This document shows, piece after piece, positions 18,008-27,335 of a stretch of DNA of 64,000 bases (the stretch's first letter is position 1; each line of letters starts with the position of its first letter). Below the pieces are notes generated by a model. It did not search any database and was not told the origin of the DNA. It worked only from the letters and a program-made list of their open reading frames with translations. Origin of the DNA: Candidatus Woesearchaeota archaeon. GTDB lineage: Archaea; Nanobdellota; Nanobdellia; Woesearchaeales; ARS49. Where the stretch lies: the NCBI GenBank assembly GCA_018302815.1, contig JAGVZE010000009.1, positions 56,149 through 120,148 of the forward strand, in the 5' to 3' direction. Position numbers and translations under genes: made by a program.

Positions 18008-18211
18008 TATCCTCGGCTTTTACGCCTTTTGGCGGGTTTTCGAGATTCGCCTCTCACCCGCCACTTTTTTCTCTTAACTTGAAATCAATTCTTTTTTTAG
18101 CGTGATAACTCGTTGAGTTTTTTGATTAGGCTTTGAGCAGGTGCGGATAATGTCTGGATTTCTTGTGACGGTATGTTGAGAAGTTCGCGGATTGATTTTT
18201 GTAGGTTGTCT

Positions 18212-18370
18212 TTAATCAAGGGATGGTTGAGCATCACCCGTTGCATTTTTCAACGAAGCTCGACGGATGAACGTGGCGACTGGCATGACTTCGCGTTTCG
18301 CCGCATTTCTGAGCGCGCTTAATTCGGCTTCGCTTAAACGTAGGTTCAAAAATTTCGTTCGTGGTTTCAT
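18212..18370 (-). CDS. ribbon-helix-helix (CopG/MobC-like) small DNA-binding protein (52 aa)
   Basis: Read by hand: MKPRTKFLNLRLSEAELSALRNAAKREVMPVATFIRRASLKNATGDAQPSLD. It matches the RHH pattern (beta-strand 'FLNLRLS', then 'SALRNAAKREVMPVATFIRRA'). A TATA-like 'aaatattaaatac' lies upstream on the minus strand. Confidence 0.4.
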   Translation of the reverse strand: MKPRTKFLNLRLSEAELSALRNAAKREVMPVATFIRRASLKNATGDAQPSLD

Positions 18371-18479
18371 CGTGGACTTTTCGAGTGCGTAACAAGTATT
18401 TAATATTTCAGAATTTCAGTGCAGTGCTAACAAGAACTTACCCATGACTATGTATGCGTGATTGTTAGTTATTTTAACC

Positions 18480-18495
18480 ATCCCAGCAGGCTCGT
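18480..18495. repeat. attR1: 'atcccagcaggctcgt' copy of the tRNA 3' end
   Basis: 16/16 match to 5357-5372. Confidence 0.7.
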
Positions 18496-18607
18496 TTCAT
18501 TTTATCACGCTTCGCGTTTCTCATTTCAGTCACTATGGGATTCGAACGTCCAGACATCTGCGGATGTCTATCCCTTAGAATCGCTCGCTGATGCTCGCAC
18601 TTCTAAG

Positions 18608-18625
18608 GAATCCCAGCAGGCTCGT
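18608..18625. repeat. attR2: 'gaatcccagcaggctcgt' second copy of the tRNA 3' end
   Basis: 18/18 match to 5355-5372. The flanking 't.taa.tt' is partly conserved as well. Confidence 0.7.
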
Positions 18626-18714
18626 TATAACTTAACTGAGAAGCACGCTTGGAATTATTATTAGAATAATCTGTGGCAAAAGATTAATAACTGTCTTTCG
18701 TAGTTCGTCATAAA

Positions 18715-19539
18715 ATGGTCAATTCGAATGAGTTACGTTGGGTCGGTTTAGAACTGGATTGGTGCGGGGAAGGTTTTTCTCCTTATTCAGATGGGCGTTC
18801 GCTTTGCTATTCGTCTGGCTTGAAAGGAGGTTATTGTTTGATACATTCGCCGTCGGATGATAATTCGTTCAGAGATTTTGATCGGCTTCAAGATGGATCC
18901 ATAGTGATTTCCTCATTGCTTGACTTTTATGAAAGAGATTGGCTAGGGGCTGCTGCTTCAGGAGCGATATGGACCGATTACTCTTCAAAAGATGTCCCTA
19001 TGATGCGGGCAAAGCTTGAAAAGGAACTTATTATGAAAACTCCTGATGGTCGTCATTTTGTTTGGTTAACAGAACCAAAGCCATATGTGTCTGATGTAAC
19101 GAGCGCATTTTTGCGAAAAGACATCGCCGACTTGCTAACGAGTTCAGAAGGAGATCTTTCAACTGCATTATTCTCTGGAATAAGGGTGTATGGGGAGTTG
19201 CACAAAAGAGGACTCATATTGCAAGGTTCAGATAATGATCTTAAACTGAAAAGAGTGCAATGGGAAAAAACTGCGCTTAACTCATATGATGCGCAATTAG
19301 GTCATTTTTTGCGAACAGGCGAAGGAAAGGAAGCAATAGACAAATTAACTTACGGTGTTCAGATCTTTTGCGGCGTAGATCAAACAAGACTGCGTCGTCT
19401 ATTGACTTATGATGGTGCAGCCTTTCAACAGAATCTGGAGCGAATTGCAGTATTGTATTACAAAAATGATGTGAGCGCGCTTCAAAACGACCTTGAGCAG
19501 TTGAAGCAGGAATTGAAGGGAACTTCTAAACGAGCTTAA
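18715..19539 (+). CDS. hypothetical protein, between att copies
   Basis: 274-aa ORF with no motif recognised. It lies between attR2 and the partial att3. Confidence 0.4.
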   Translation: MVNSNELRWVGLELDWCGEGFSPYSDGRSLCYSSGLKGGYCLIHSPSDDNSFRDFDRLQDGSIVISSLLDFYERDWLGAAASGAIWTDYSSKDVPMMRAKLEKELIMKTPDGRHFVWLTEPKPYVSDVTSAFLRKDIADLLTSSEGDLSTALFSGIRVYGELHKRGLILQGSDNDLKLKRVQWEKTALNSYDAQLGHFLRTGEGKEAIDKLTYGVQIFCGVDQTRLRRLLTYDGAAFQQNLERIAVLYYKNDVSALQNDLEQLKQELKGTSKRA

Positions 19540-19558
19540 GAGTTATTCTACAAAGCAC

Positions 19559-19569
19559 GGCAGGCTCGT
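19559..19569. repeat. partial att-like copy 'ggcaggctcgt' with a flank similar to attR1
   Basis: 'agttattctacaaagcacggcaggctcgttttcatttc' (19541-19578) resembles 'agttattttaaccatcccagcaggctcgtttcatttt' (18468-18504). Confidence 0.5.
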
Positions 19570-19577
19570 TTTCATTT

Positions 19578-20057
19578 CTAAAAAGGCACATCTGAACTTT
19601 TACCAAAATACCCGCAAACCACGTCACTTGCAGGAATCGGCTCGTACATCGTCTGAAGGCCGTTCAACAACTGATCGAGAATCAATTCTCGGTAGACGAA
19701 TTCAAAAGCATGAGGATGACTGCAAGCGCCCTTTCGTTTGCCAGTGTATTCCTTATCTTTCGCGTCCTTGATTTTCAGCAAAGCTTTCAATGAACGGTCC
19801 CTTCGAAAATGATCGTATCGCGAATACAACTCACGATACCAGTTGGGATTGCAGTTCTCGACCACTCTGATTTTGTGGCCGCTAAAATTCTTCTGAGGAG
19901 CTTCAGCAAGAGAAACCTGCAAACGGTGCTCTAACAGATCAGAACGCAAATAATCTGCGTGGCTTTGAAACTCTCTTCGCACACGCCTTGGAAGTTCAAT
20001 AATAGGACGCTCTGGAACCCACATACTTCCCGCTCGAGAGAAGCGGTTTAAAAACAT
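19578..20057 (-). CDS. hypothetical protein
   Basis: 159 aa. Last gene of the argS-led minus-strand operon. Confidence 0.4.
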   Translation of the reverse strand: MFLNRFSRAGSMWVPERPIIELPRRVRREFQSHADYLRSDLLEHRLQVSLAEAPQKNFSGHKIRVVENCNPNWYRELYSRYDHFRRDRSLKALLKIKDAKDKEYTGKRKGACSHPHAFEFVYRELILDQLLNGLQTMYEPIPASDVVCGYFGKSSDVPF

Positions 20058-20446
20058 TATGCCATAATCGACGCAAGAAAGTCCCTTAATTCAGGCGCTT
20101 CATCAAAGTCGCGAAGCTGCGCTCCATCAAAATTACGCATCATCCTTAATCGCTCCAAAAAATAACACAATTCACGCGTTGAAAGACCGCCGAAGTGCGA
20201 ATCTTTTGTTTTAGCAAAAACAGGATCGAGAACGCGAGCGGACACGACAACACTCATCGAACCCCACGACAAAGCGCGCTCCATAAGGCCATCACAGCAA
20301 GAAATCAAATCCTCAGTTATGGCTCGCATCGGATAACTGTTCGAACCTTGCCCGAACTTTCTAACGCCAACTAAAAGCACAGACTTGTCCTTAAATTCAG
20401 AAGAATACCTCGCATCAGAATCAAAAATAACTACACCCTCGCCCAT
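20057..20446 (-). CDS. hypothetical protein
   Basis: 129 aa. Start/stop-coupled to argS and to the downstream ORF. Confidence 0.4.
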   Translation of the reverse strand: MGEGVVIFDSDARYSSEFKDKSVLLVGVRKFGQGSNSYPMRAITEDLISCCDGLMERALSWGSMSVVVSARVLDPVFAKTKDSHFGGLSTRELCYFLERLRMMRNFDGAQLRDFDEAPELRDFLASIMA

Positions 20447-20447
20447 A

Positions 20448-22124
20448 TCACATCTCGAACGGAGCTGTGATACCGAGCAGGCGCAGCCCGTTCTCTAAAA
20501 TCTGCCTAGACGCCTCAATCAAAGTAAGCCTTGCGACTTTAAGGTCCTTATTCTCCTCCTGAAGGCACGGACACGAATGGTAGAACTCGTTGAACGCGTG
20601 GCCGACCTCGAGCAAATACTGCGCGAGAACGTGCGGCTTGTGAACAGCAAGAGCTTCTTTAACCTTCTGCGGGAAAGCTGAAAGCAATTTTATCACCCTA
20701 TCTTCTGCCGGATGCTTAAGAACTTCAAACTTCGCGGCTTTCTTCGGACTCACCTTCTGCTCCTTGCCCTTGCGAACAATGCTCGCCGCCCTTGCGTGAG
20801 TGTACATCAAATACGGACCAGTATCGCCCTCGAATGAAACAAACCTGTCCAAGTCGAAAACTATGTCCTTAGAACGGTCATTCATCATATCGCCAAAGAA
20901 AATCGCGCCAATAGCAACGTCGCACGCTATCTTCTCCTTATCTTTAAGACCAGGATTCTTCTCCTCAATTGTTTTTTTAGCAAGAGCTATCGCTTCGTTC
21001 AATACTCCCTCCATCGAAATACCTGTTCCCTTCCGAGTCGACATCTTAGAGCCATCCTGCGAAAGATACAAACCATAAGAAACGTGAACGAACTCTTTAT
21101 CATAACCAAGCAGTTTCATCAACGCGAACAAATGCTGAAAATGCTGAGACTGCTCGTGTCCAACGACATAAACCAGCTTATTGCACTTCAACGTCTCGAT
21201 TCTGTCAAGAACAGTCGCGACATCACGGCTTGCGTACGTGGTCGAACCATCGCGCTTTCTAAGCATCATCGGCATCTCTGAACCTTGCATCCTGATGATA
21301 AGCGCGCCGTCATCGACAACCGCAAGACCCTTTGCCTGCACACGCTCCAACGCAGCTTCGACCTTGGGCGCGTAGAACGCCTCGCCATTGAAACTATCAA
21401 AAGTAATGCCCAGAGTCTTATACACGCCGCGTAATTCATCAAGGCACAAATGCTTGAACTTACTCCACAACTTAAGCGCCATCGCATCACCCTTCTCAAG
21501 CTTTGCGAACCACTCGCGCGCTTTTTCTTTTAACTCTGCGCTGTTTTCAGCTTCCTTGTTGAATCTGACATAGAGCTCGACCAAATGCTCAACAGGATGC
21601 TCCTTGAAACGCTTCTTATCACCCCAAGTCAAATACGCGTGGATAAGAGTTCCGAACTGCGTTCCCCAATCGCCAAGATAATTCAGGCGCAGAACATTAA
21701 AACCTGCGAACTCGTGCAATCTTGCAATCGAATTGCCCAGCATTGTCGTTCTCAAATTGCCAAAATGCAAAGGCTTTCCGATATTCGGAGAAGAGAAATC
21801 TATACCCACAATCCTGCCTTCGCCATCCCTTGAACTTGCGAAACGCTTCTTCTGCGTCAAAATATCAAGCATCAAACTCTTCGCGACACCGGCCGTGTCC
21901 AAGAAAAAGTTCACATACGGACCTGTCGCAGAAACACGAACGCCCTGCACCTTGATTTTTCCAGCAAGCTCCTGCGCAATCTGCACAGGACTCTTCTTGA
22001 ACTCTTTTGCAAGCGTGAAACAAGGAAACGCGAAATCGCCAAGCTTATGGTCAGGAGGAACCTCAAGAGAGATCTCGCCCTTCACGTGCTTCTTTAGCTC
22101 AGAAATAATCGCTTGCTTGAACAT
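20448..22124 (-). CDS. argS: arginine--tRNA ligase
   Basis: 558 aa. N-terminal anticodon-binding-like domain. 'SPNIGKPLHFGNLR' is the HIGH-region analogue of ArgRS. Terminal '...APFEM' is typical of ArgRS. Confidence 0.9.
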   Translation of the reverse strand: MFKQAIISELKKHVKGEISLEVPPDHKLGDFAFPCFTLAKEFKKSPVQIAQELAGKIKVQGVRVSATGPYVNFFLDTAGVAKSLMLDILTQKKRFASSRDGEGRIVGIDFSSPNIGKPLHFGNLRTTMLGNSIARLHEFAGFNVLRLNYLGDWGTQFGTLIHAYLTWGDKKRFKEHPVEHLVELYVRFNKEAENSAELKEKAREWFAKLEKGDAMALKLWSKFKHLCLDELRGVYKTLGITFDSFNGEAFYAPKVEAALERVQAKGLAVVDDGALIIRMQGSEMPMMLRKRDGSTTYASRDVATVLDRIETLKCNKLVYVVGHEQSQHFQHLFALMKLLGYDKEFVHVSYGLYLSQDGSKMSTRKGTGISMEGVLNEAIALAKKTIEEKNPGLKDKEKIACDVAIGAIFFGDMMNDRSKDIVFDLDRFVSFEGDTGPYLMYTHARAASIVRKGKEQKVSPKKAAKFEVLKHPAEDRVIKLLSAFPQKVKEALAVHKPHVLAQYLLEVGHAFNEFYHSCPCLQEENKDLKVARLTLIEASRQILENGLRLLGITAPFEM

Positions 22125-22177
22125 GAACGAAAATGCGGACTGGAAGTTTATAAAACTTTAGCCAATTCTCGAATCAA

Positions 22178-22540
22178 TTGAGATTTTGCGCTAAATTTAT
22201 ATCCGCAAAGATGTTTAACCCGTTCATGAAAAGAGGACAAGTATCGAATCTTAGCTGGCTGTTCCTTGCGCTGATGGCGATACTTGCGATTGCACTGATT
22301 TATTTGTTCATAGCTCCCCTTGTTGAGGCAGCGGCGAACGTGATAATACTGTACTTCATCGCTCTGCGACTCTACGGCCAAGTCATCAGACGCGAACAGT
22401 GGGAAATGTACGGACTCTCTATGCTCGCAGGACTTTTCGTCATGATTTTGCTCGGAAATATACCACTACTTTGGATGTTCACCGAAGTTCTGCTCGCAGG
22501 AACGCTGATAGCTGAACTTTACAAAATGGCGATTTCTTGA
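22178..22540 (+). CDS. small membrane protein
   Basis: 120 aa with 3-4 hydrophobic helices. Confidence 0.4.
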   Translation: MRFCAKFISAKMFNPFMKRGQVSNLSWLFLALMAILAIALIYLFIAPLVEAAANVIILYFIALRLYGQVIRREQWEMYGLSMLAGLFVMILLGNIPLLWMFTEVLLAGTLIAELYKMAIS

Positions 22541-22567
22541 ACTAATCATCATCACACAGTAGTAAAC

Positions 22568-23287
22568 TTGGAAAAGTTTAAATACGGCCGGACTGCCACG
22601 AATCACATGAATGACGGAAAAACATTGGAACTCACACTCAAAGGAACTGTTGCCTGCGAATCAGGAAAACTTCTCATAATCGATCCTTGCTACCTGCGCA
22701 ACCAGTATCACGATGAAGCAGGCGCCACGTACGAAGCTCATCTAGAACGCAGTCTTGAATTGCAAAGAACAGAACTCGACATAGCCATAGAACAAAGTGC
22801 ACTAATTGGCGCTATCGATCCAAAAATGAGCGATACAGAACTCATCGCGACACTCAGAAATACTGGCCCAAAAATGGAAGAACTAGAACACAGACTGAAT
22901 GCAGTAAAGTCGGATATTGAAGTGTTCGGACGCGAACCCCGCCCTAATCCTCCTTACCTCATGCAAGGAAACGGATACGTCATCTTCCAAAACGGCATAG
23001 GCGATGGCACATACCCTGTAATTCGAACAGACACGGGCTGGAAAATCGTCTTCAACTATCATTTGAAAAAGGACGGCACCCTTGACGAAAGCAAACTAGA
23101 AGGAACGCTCCTGGGCAGCTCAGCAGTGGATTCCGGAAGCCAAATGATCATCGACCCGACAAAAGCAAACATCAAAAAAAATATCGGCACGCACGCATAC
23201 ACCCTCTTGAACCTCAAACCAGGACAATACAAATGCGCGTTCTCTGACGAAAATAAGAGTTTGCTCATAAAAAACTTAACGCAATAA
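22568..23287 (+). CDS. hypothetical protein
   Basis: 239 aa. No motif recognised. Confidence 0.4.
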   Translation: MEKFKYGRTATNHMNDGKTLELTLKGTVACESGKLLIIDPCYLRNQYHDEAGATYEAHLERSLELQRTELDIAIEQSALIGAIDPKMSDTELIATLRNTGPKMEELEHRLNAVKSDIEVFGREPRPNPPYLMQGNGYVIFQNGIGDGTYPVIRTDTGWKIVFNYHLKKDGTLDESKLEGTLLGSSAVDSGSQMIIDPTKANIKKNIGTHAYTLLNLKPGQYKCAFSDENKSLLIKNLTQ

Positions 23288-23637
23288 TACTCTATTTTTG
23301 AACAGAATATGAAACACGATAACTGCACTTTAAATTTTATAGAAAAGTCGTTACCGTCCAGTAATTCCAGAAGCGAAAGCCTTTTATACTAACATACGCG
23401 GCAAAGCAGAATGATCAAATGCCAGCGATGCGGAACCAACGTGCGCTCCTACAGCCCCATGAGAAAATGGTGCGTGGAATGCAGACGCCTCGTAAGCCTC
23501 GAACAAGCCAAAGCACGCAAATTACAAGCGTGATTCACTCTTCTTAAAGCAAGCCATTCAATAGTTGAAAACATTACTTACCCTCTTGAAATTCTTACGA
23601 AATTTTTTCCAGCAACTTTATTATAGACTGCAATCTT

Positions 23638-23931
23638 GTGTTTCAAATGGAACACGTATTTGACGTTGTTGATGAACGCGGAAAAATCATCCATCTTAAC
23701 ATTGAACGATGGAAACACATAACACAAGAACACCCCGGAATCACCAACCCTCAAGCTCTAATCGATACGCTATTATCACCGCAGATCATCAAAACAAGCA
23801 GTTACGACGACCGCGTGCGATGGTATTATCGCAGACATAAACAAAGAAAAGCATACCTGCTTGTCTCGGTTAAATATTTAAACGGACACGGATTCATAAT
23901 AACCGCTTATTTCGTGAGAAACATAAAATGA
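23638..23931 (+). CDS. DUF4258-like putative toxin
   Basis: 97 aa. '...AYLLVSVKYLNGHGFIITAYFVRN' is typical of the DUF4258 family that pairs with DUF2283. 4-nt overlap with the downstream gene. Confidence 0.5.
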   Translation: MFQMEHVFDVVDERGKIIHLNIERWKHITQEHPGITNPQALIDTLLSPQIIKTSSYDDRVRWYYRRHKQRKAYLLVSVKYLNGHGFIITAYFVRNIK

Positions 23932-24140
23932 AAATGCGCATACACTACGACAAAGAAGCAGACTACTTGGAAGTTCGCTTCGGAAAAGCCACACACTCGT
24001 ACTTCGAAGAACTAGGCAAAGACATTTTCGAACGCAGAGATGAAAAAACAGGAAAAATAAAAGGCTACGCAGTCTACAACTTCCTCAAACGAAAACAACT
24101 CAAAGACATACAGATAGAGATGCCTTGTTCGGAACTCTGA
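23928..24140 (+). CDS. DUF2283-family putative antitoxin
   Basis: 'MKMRIHYDKEADYLEVRFGKA' matches the DUF2283 N-terminal signature (YDxExDxLYIxF). Confidence 0.6.
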   Translation: MKMRIHYDKEADYLEVRFGKATHSYFEELGKDIFERRDEKTGKIKGYAVYNFLKRKQLKDIQIEMPCSEL

Positions 24141-24152
24141 ACTAACAATAAC

Positions 24153-24692
24153 TCACCGATCGACAATCGTTTGAAAATATTTCTCATACACCTTCGCTAG
24201 CGAATCATGCGAGTTATCAATCATCCACTCTTTTCTAATATATTTCGAGTCCAAACAGTTAAGCTGATGCTTAGCATTGGCTCGAGCTGCTCTCACATCA
24301 ACGTCGTGGGGTTTTCCTCTGATCCTCTGTCTGGAAAGAAGCGATTTCATACTTGGCCTGAAAACTTTAACAATCACGTTCACTTTGTTCGATAACTTCT
24401 CCAGGTAAAACATCAATGGCTTCGGAGGTTTTTCGTAGATGATAAATTCAAAAACCACGTTTTTCCCTTTTGAAACCGATTCCAGTATCTTCTTAAGCGC
24501 CAAGGATTGCACAATTTTTTGCTCTTCTCGGGTTCTGCCTTCCGCAGGAGGATGATTTCTCTTTATTTCTGCCCAAAAATCATCTTCAGATATATGTGTC
24601 CAACCTTTGTTTTTAGCAATCATCTCAGACGTGCTTGTTTTTCCACTTCCTGCAGGACCAAACAGCAAAAGAACTTTATTCGGTTTCATCAT
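24153..24692 (-). CDS. P-loop nucleotide/nucleoside kinase-like protein
   Basis: 'LLFGPAGSGKTS' Walker A near the N-terminus. The 179-aa size fits a small kinase fold. Confidence 0.55.
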   Translation of the reverse strand: MMKPNKVLLLFGPAGSGKTSTSEMIAKNKGWTHISEDDFWAEIKRNHPPAEGRTREEQKIVQSLALKKILESVSKGKNVVFEFIIYEKPPKPLMFYLEKLSNKVNVIVKVFRPSMKSLLSRQRIRGKPHDVDVRAARANAKHQLNCLDSKYIRKEWMIDNSHDSLAKVYEKYFQTIVDR

Positions 24693-24921
24693 AGAACAAT
24701 AGTATAGTATTGCATATAAATGACTTTTCTTCGTTATTTGGACAAGCTCAATGATTGCTCAATAGAAAACAACTCAAAGACATACAAATAGAGATGCCTG
24801 ATGCATAAAGATAATAATTTAAAAAATCACTCACCTGGTGCATTAAACGTGCGTACAAGAGATTATTTTGGAAAGTTAAACTTATCACAAGTAGCTTAAT
24901 AAATCGACCAAACTTAGTAAA

Positions 24922-25860
24922 GTGCATATGGAACTTGAAAAATTGAAGAATATTCTGAAAACTAAGAAAGAATTCGCGGATTTGGATGCCTGGAAATTCG
25001 ATAAAATTCATCTAGGAAGCATTGGAAAACATACGCACATCTTATCAAAAGGCGGAAAATCATATTTTATCAAAGACATAAAAGAGAACGAAGCCAACGC
25101 GTTGCAAGTAGTAGGAACTATCAATTTAGAGAGCATAATACGTGTGAGTTATCCTGATTTATTGGAAAAAAAGGTATTGGTGGCAGAGTACGTCCATGGA
25201 AAGCCAATCAAAACAAAAAAGCTAAGCGTCCAGTTAATACGGGATTTTACAGAGATGCAAAACAGGCTGAATCACAGGACGTATTGGAAAAGAAACCATC
25301 TGAGCGGCAACAAATTCAGTGACAAAGATGATGGTTTCTTCAAAAAAGGATATGCGAGTTATTTCATATCTGGTTACAAAAATATTATCAAACTAAGAAC
25401 ACTGATAGACCATCCAATAATCAACAAATACATTCAATTAGTCCATTATCTTAAAAGAGACAAAACAAGAATAATCAATGACGCGTCTGGCATGCCATTT
25501 GCTTGGCAGCACCATGATTTCAGAGAAGATAATATCATCCAAAGCAAGAGGAGACAAATAATAGTCGACTGGGGATCGTCATATGGTTACGGCCCATTCA
25601 TGTTCGACCTCGCCCCGTTTTTACTTAGAAATAAAAGAACACTGGATAATTACATCAAGAACTCAGATATATGCAAGACGTATAAAAGGCGACAGGTTGA
25701 AAGATGGGTATATGTCGCAGCAGCCATACGACTGATGGCCGCACTGAATTATTATTTTGAAAACATTGAAGAAAAAGTCAAAAACAAGGAAAAAACAATA
25801 AATTTTCTAGAATATGAGTATGATACTTATAAAATTCTGCTAATAAAAAGCTCCACTTAA
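24922..25860 (+). CDS. aminoglycoside/choline-kinase-like phosphotransferase (APH family)
   Basis: 'HHDFREDNII' is the catalytic-loop analogue (HGDxxxxN) and 'IVDWGSS' the DFG-like motif. Confidence 0.55.
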   Translation: MHMELEKLKNILKTKKEFADLDAWKFDKIHLGSIGKHTHILSKGGKSYFIKDIKENEANALQVVGTINLESIIRVSYPDLLEKKVLVAEYVHGKPIKTKKLSVQLIRDFTEMQNRLNHRTYWKRNHLSGNKFSDKDDGFFKKGYASYFISGYKNIIKLRTLIDHPIINKYIQLVHYLKRDKTRIINDASGMPFAWQHHDFREDNIIQSKRRQIIVDWGSSYGYGPFMFDLAPFLLRNKRTLDNYIKNSDICKTYKRRQVERWVYVAAAIRLMAALNYYFENIEEKVKNKEKTINFLEYEYDTYKILLIKSST

Positions 25861-25943
25861 CCAACTGAGCCAAATACTGTGTACCTTGACAACTCCGGGA
25901 TTTTTCCGAATAGTTTAAAAACCGTATTTTTGACCGTTCTTTC

Positions 25944-27335
25944 ATGAAAGTCCACGTGAAAAGCTTCGGATGCAGCGCGAACATGGCAGAAGGAGAAATA
26001 ATCAAAGGCAAATTCTCAGAAGGCTCTTCTCTAACTGAAACAGAACAAGACGCTGATACAATCGTTCTTAACATCTGCACGGTCAAGGGCGATAAAGGCG
26101 CGCTTGATGAAGTAAAACGAGTGCGCAAAGAAAACCCGGGCAAAAAAATAGTCATCGCAGGATGCATAACGCCAAGCATCACCGCGCCAATCAAAGCAAT
26201 CGACCCAACAATACAACTAGTCAACACGCACCACATAAACGAAATCGCAGAACTGAAAACAGACGCGCTTGCCCACGCAAAACCAATCAAGCTAATGCAG
26301 CCAAGAGTTCGGACAAACCCCGCAGTAGGAATAGTTCCAATATCCTCAGGCTGCCTTGACGCCTGCGCCTTTTGCAGCACACGATTAGTCAAAGGAACGC
26401 TCTTTAGCTTCCCGCCGGATATCATAGTTGATGAAGTCAAAAAATGCGTTGATGACGGCTGCAAAGAAATATGGATAACAGGACAGGACACCTGCTGCTA
26501 CGGATTCGATCGCAAAACAAACCTTGCCAAACTGCTCGCACAACTCGTTGAAATACCCGGTGACTTTAAGATACGGGTGGGCATGGGAAACCCGCGCCAC
26601 CTGCCAAAATTCATCGACGAAATGGCTGAAGTCATGAAAAATCCGAAAATCTTCAAATTCCTGCACATACCAATGCAAAGCGGAAACGATGACGTCCTAA
26701 AAGCGATGAGGCGAGGGCACACAGTAGAACAATTCAAACAGCTCGTGAACAAGTTCAAACAAACAATACCCGAAATCACAATCAGCACAGACATCATAGT
26801 AGGCTATCCGGGAGAAACTACTGAGCAATTCAATGATACTGTGAACCTTGTCAAAGAGCTTGAAATAGACAACATAAACATCTCAAGATTCGCGCCAAGA
26901 CCAGGAACCCCTGCCGCAACAATGAAGAACCAAGTGCACGGAAACATCTCAAAAGAAAGAAGCACAATCCTCGCGCAAGAATACAAAAAACAGTCGATAG
27001 AAAAACACAAAAAATGGCTCGGATGGGAAGGCGACATAATAATCGATGAAAAAGCCAAAGAAAGAATAAAGAAATTGCCTGAAAACTCGCCATCCCCTGC
27101 AGCAAGCCGCGGAGTATTACGCGAGTTTTCTCCTGCAGGACCGGCAATTTCTGTCTTTCATTTTGGGAACGTCCAACAGCAGCAATCTGCAGGGTATCGA
27201 ACCCAAAATGAAATGAGCGGAAGAAACTACGCATACAAAACAGTCATTGTGCGCGAAAACCTGCCCCTTGGAAGCGTCGTGCGTGTTCGAATCATTGAAA
27301 CACAGGCGTGGTGCTTAATCGGCGAAAGAATATGA
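25944..27335 (+). CDS. radical-SAM methylthiotransferase (MiaB/MtaB/RimO family)
   Basis: The N-terminal MTTase domain has 'KSFGCSANMAEGE' and a second Cys at 'ICTVKGD'. The radical-SAM motif is 'CLDACAFC'. The C-terminal segment is TRAM-like. Confidence 0.85.
   Translation: MKVHVKSFGCSANMAEGEIIKGKFSEGSSLTETEQDADTIVLNICTVKGDKGALDEVKRVRKENPGKKIVIAGCITPSITAPIKAIDPTIQLVNTHHINEIAELKTDALAHAKPIKLMQPRVRTNPAVGIVPISSGCLDACAFCSTRLVKGTLFSFPPDIIVDEVKKCVDDGCKEIWITGQDTCCYGFDRKTNLAKLLAQLVEIPGDFKIRVGMGNPRHLPKFIDEMAEVMKNPKIFKFLHIPMQSGNDDVLKAMRRGHTVEQFKQLVNKFKQTIPEITISTDIIVGYPGETTEQFNDTVNLVKELEIDNINISRFAPRPGTPAATMKNQVHGNISKERSTILAQEYKKQSIEKHKKWLGWEGDIIIDEKAKERIKKLPENSPSPAASRGVLREFSPAGPAISVFHFGNVQQQQSAGYRTQNEMSGRNYAYKTVIVRENLPLGSVVRVRIIETQAWCLIGERI

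Larger units (their letters stand above)
5355..18495. mobile_element. integrated mobile genetic element (provirus or integrative plasmid) in the tRNA-Arg 3' end
   Basis: A tyrosine integrase lies directly next to the tRNA and is bounded by direct repeats of the tRNA 3' end. The cargo is two opposed gene blocks holding a recombinase, an ATPase, a PrimPol, a D5-like helicase and Cys-rich small proteins, with no housekeeping genes. Confidence 0.7.

Noticed and set aside
18521-18607. tRNA-like fragment (gggattcgaac... / ...ggaatccc) between attR1 and attR2
   Set aside because: I could not build an acceptor or T-stem on either strand. The matching part is explained by the att duplication of the tRNA 3' end. 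It is reported instead as hairpins in the att spacer.
25778-26491. 237-aa minus-strand ORF
   Set aside because: It lies entirely antisense within the well-supported MiaB-like methylthiotransferase gene. It is a low-complexity Ser/Leu-rich translation typical of shadow ORFs.
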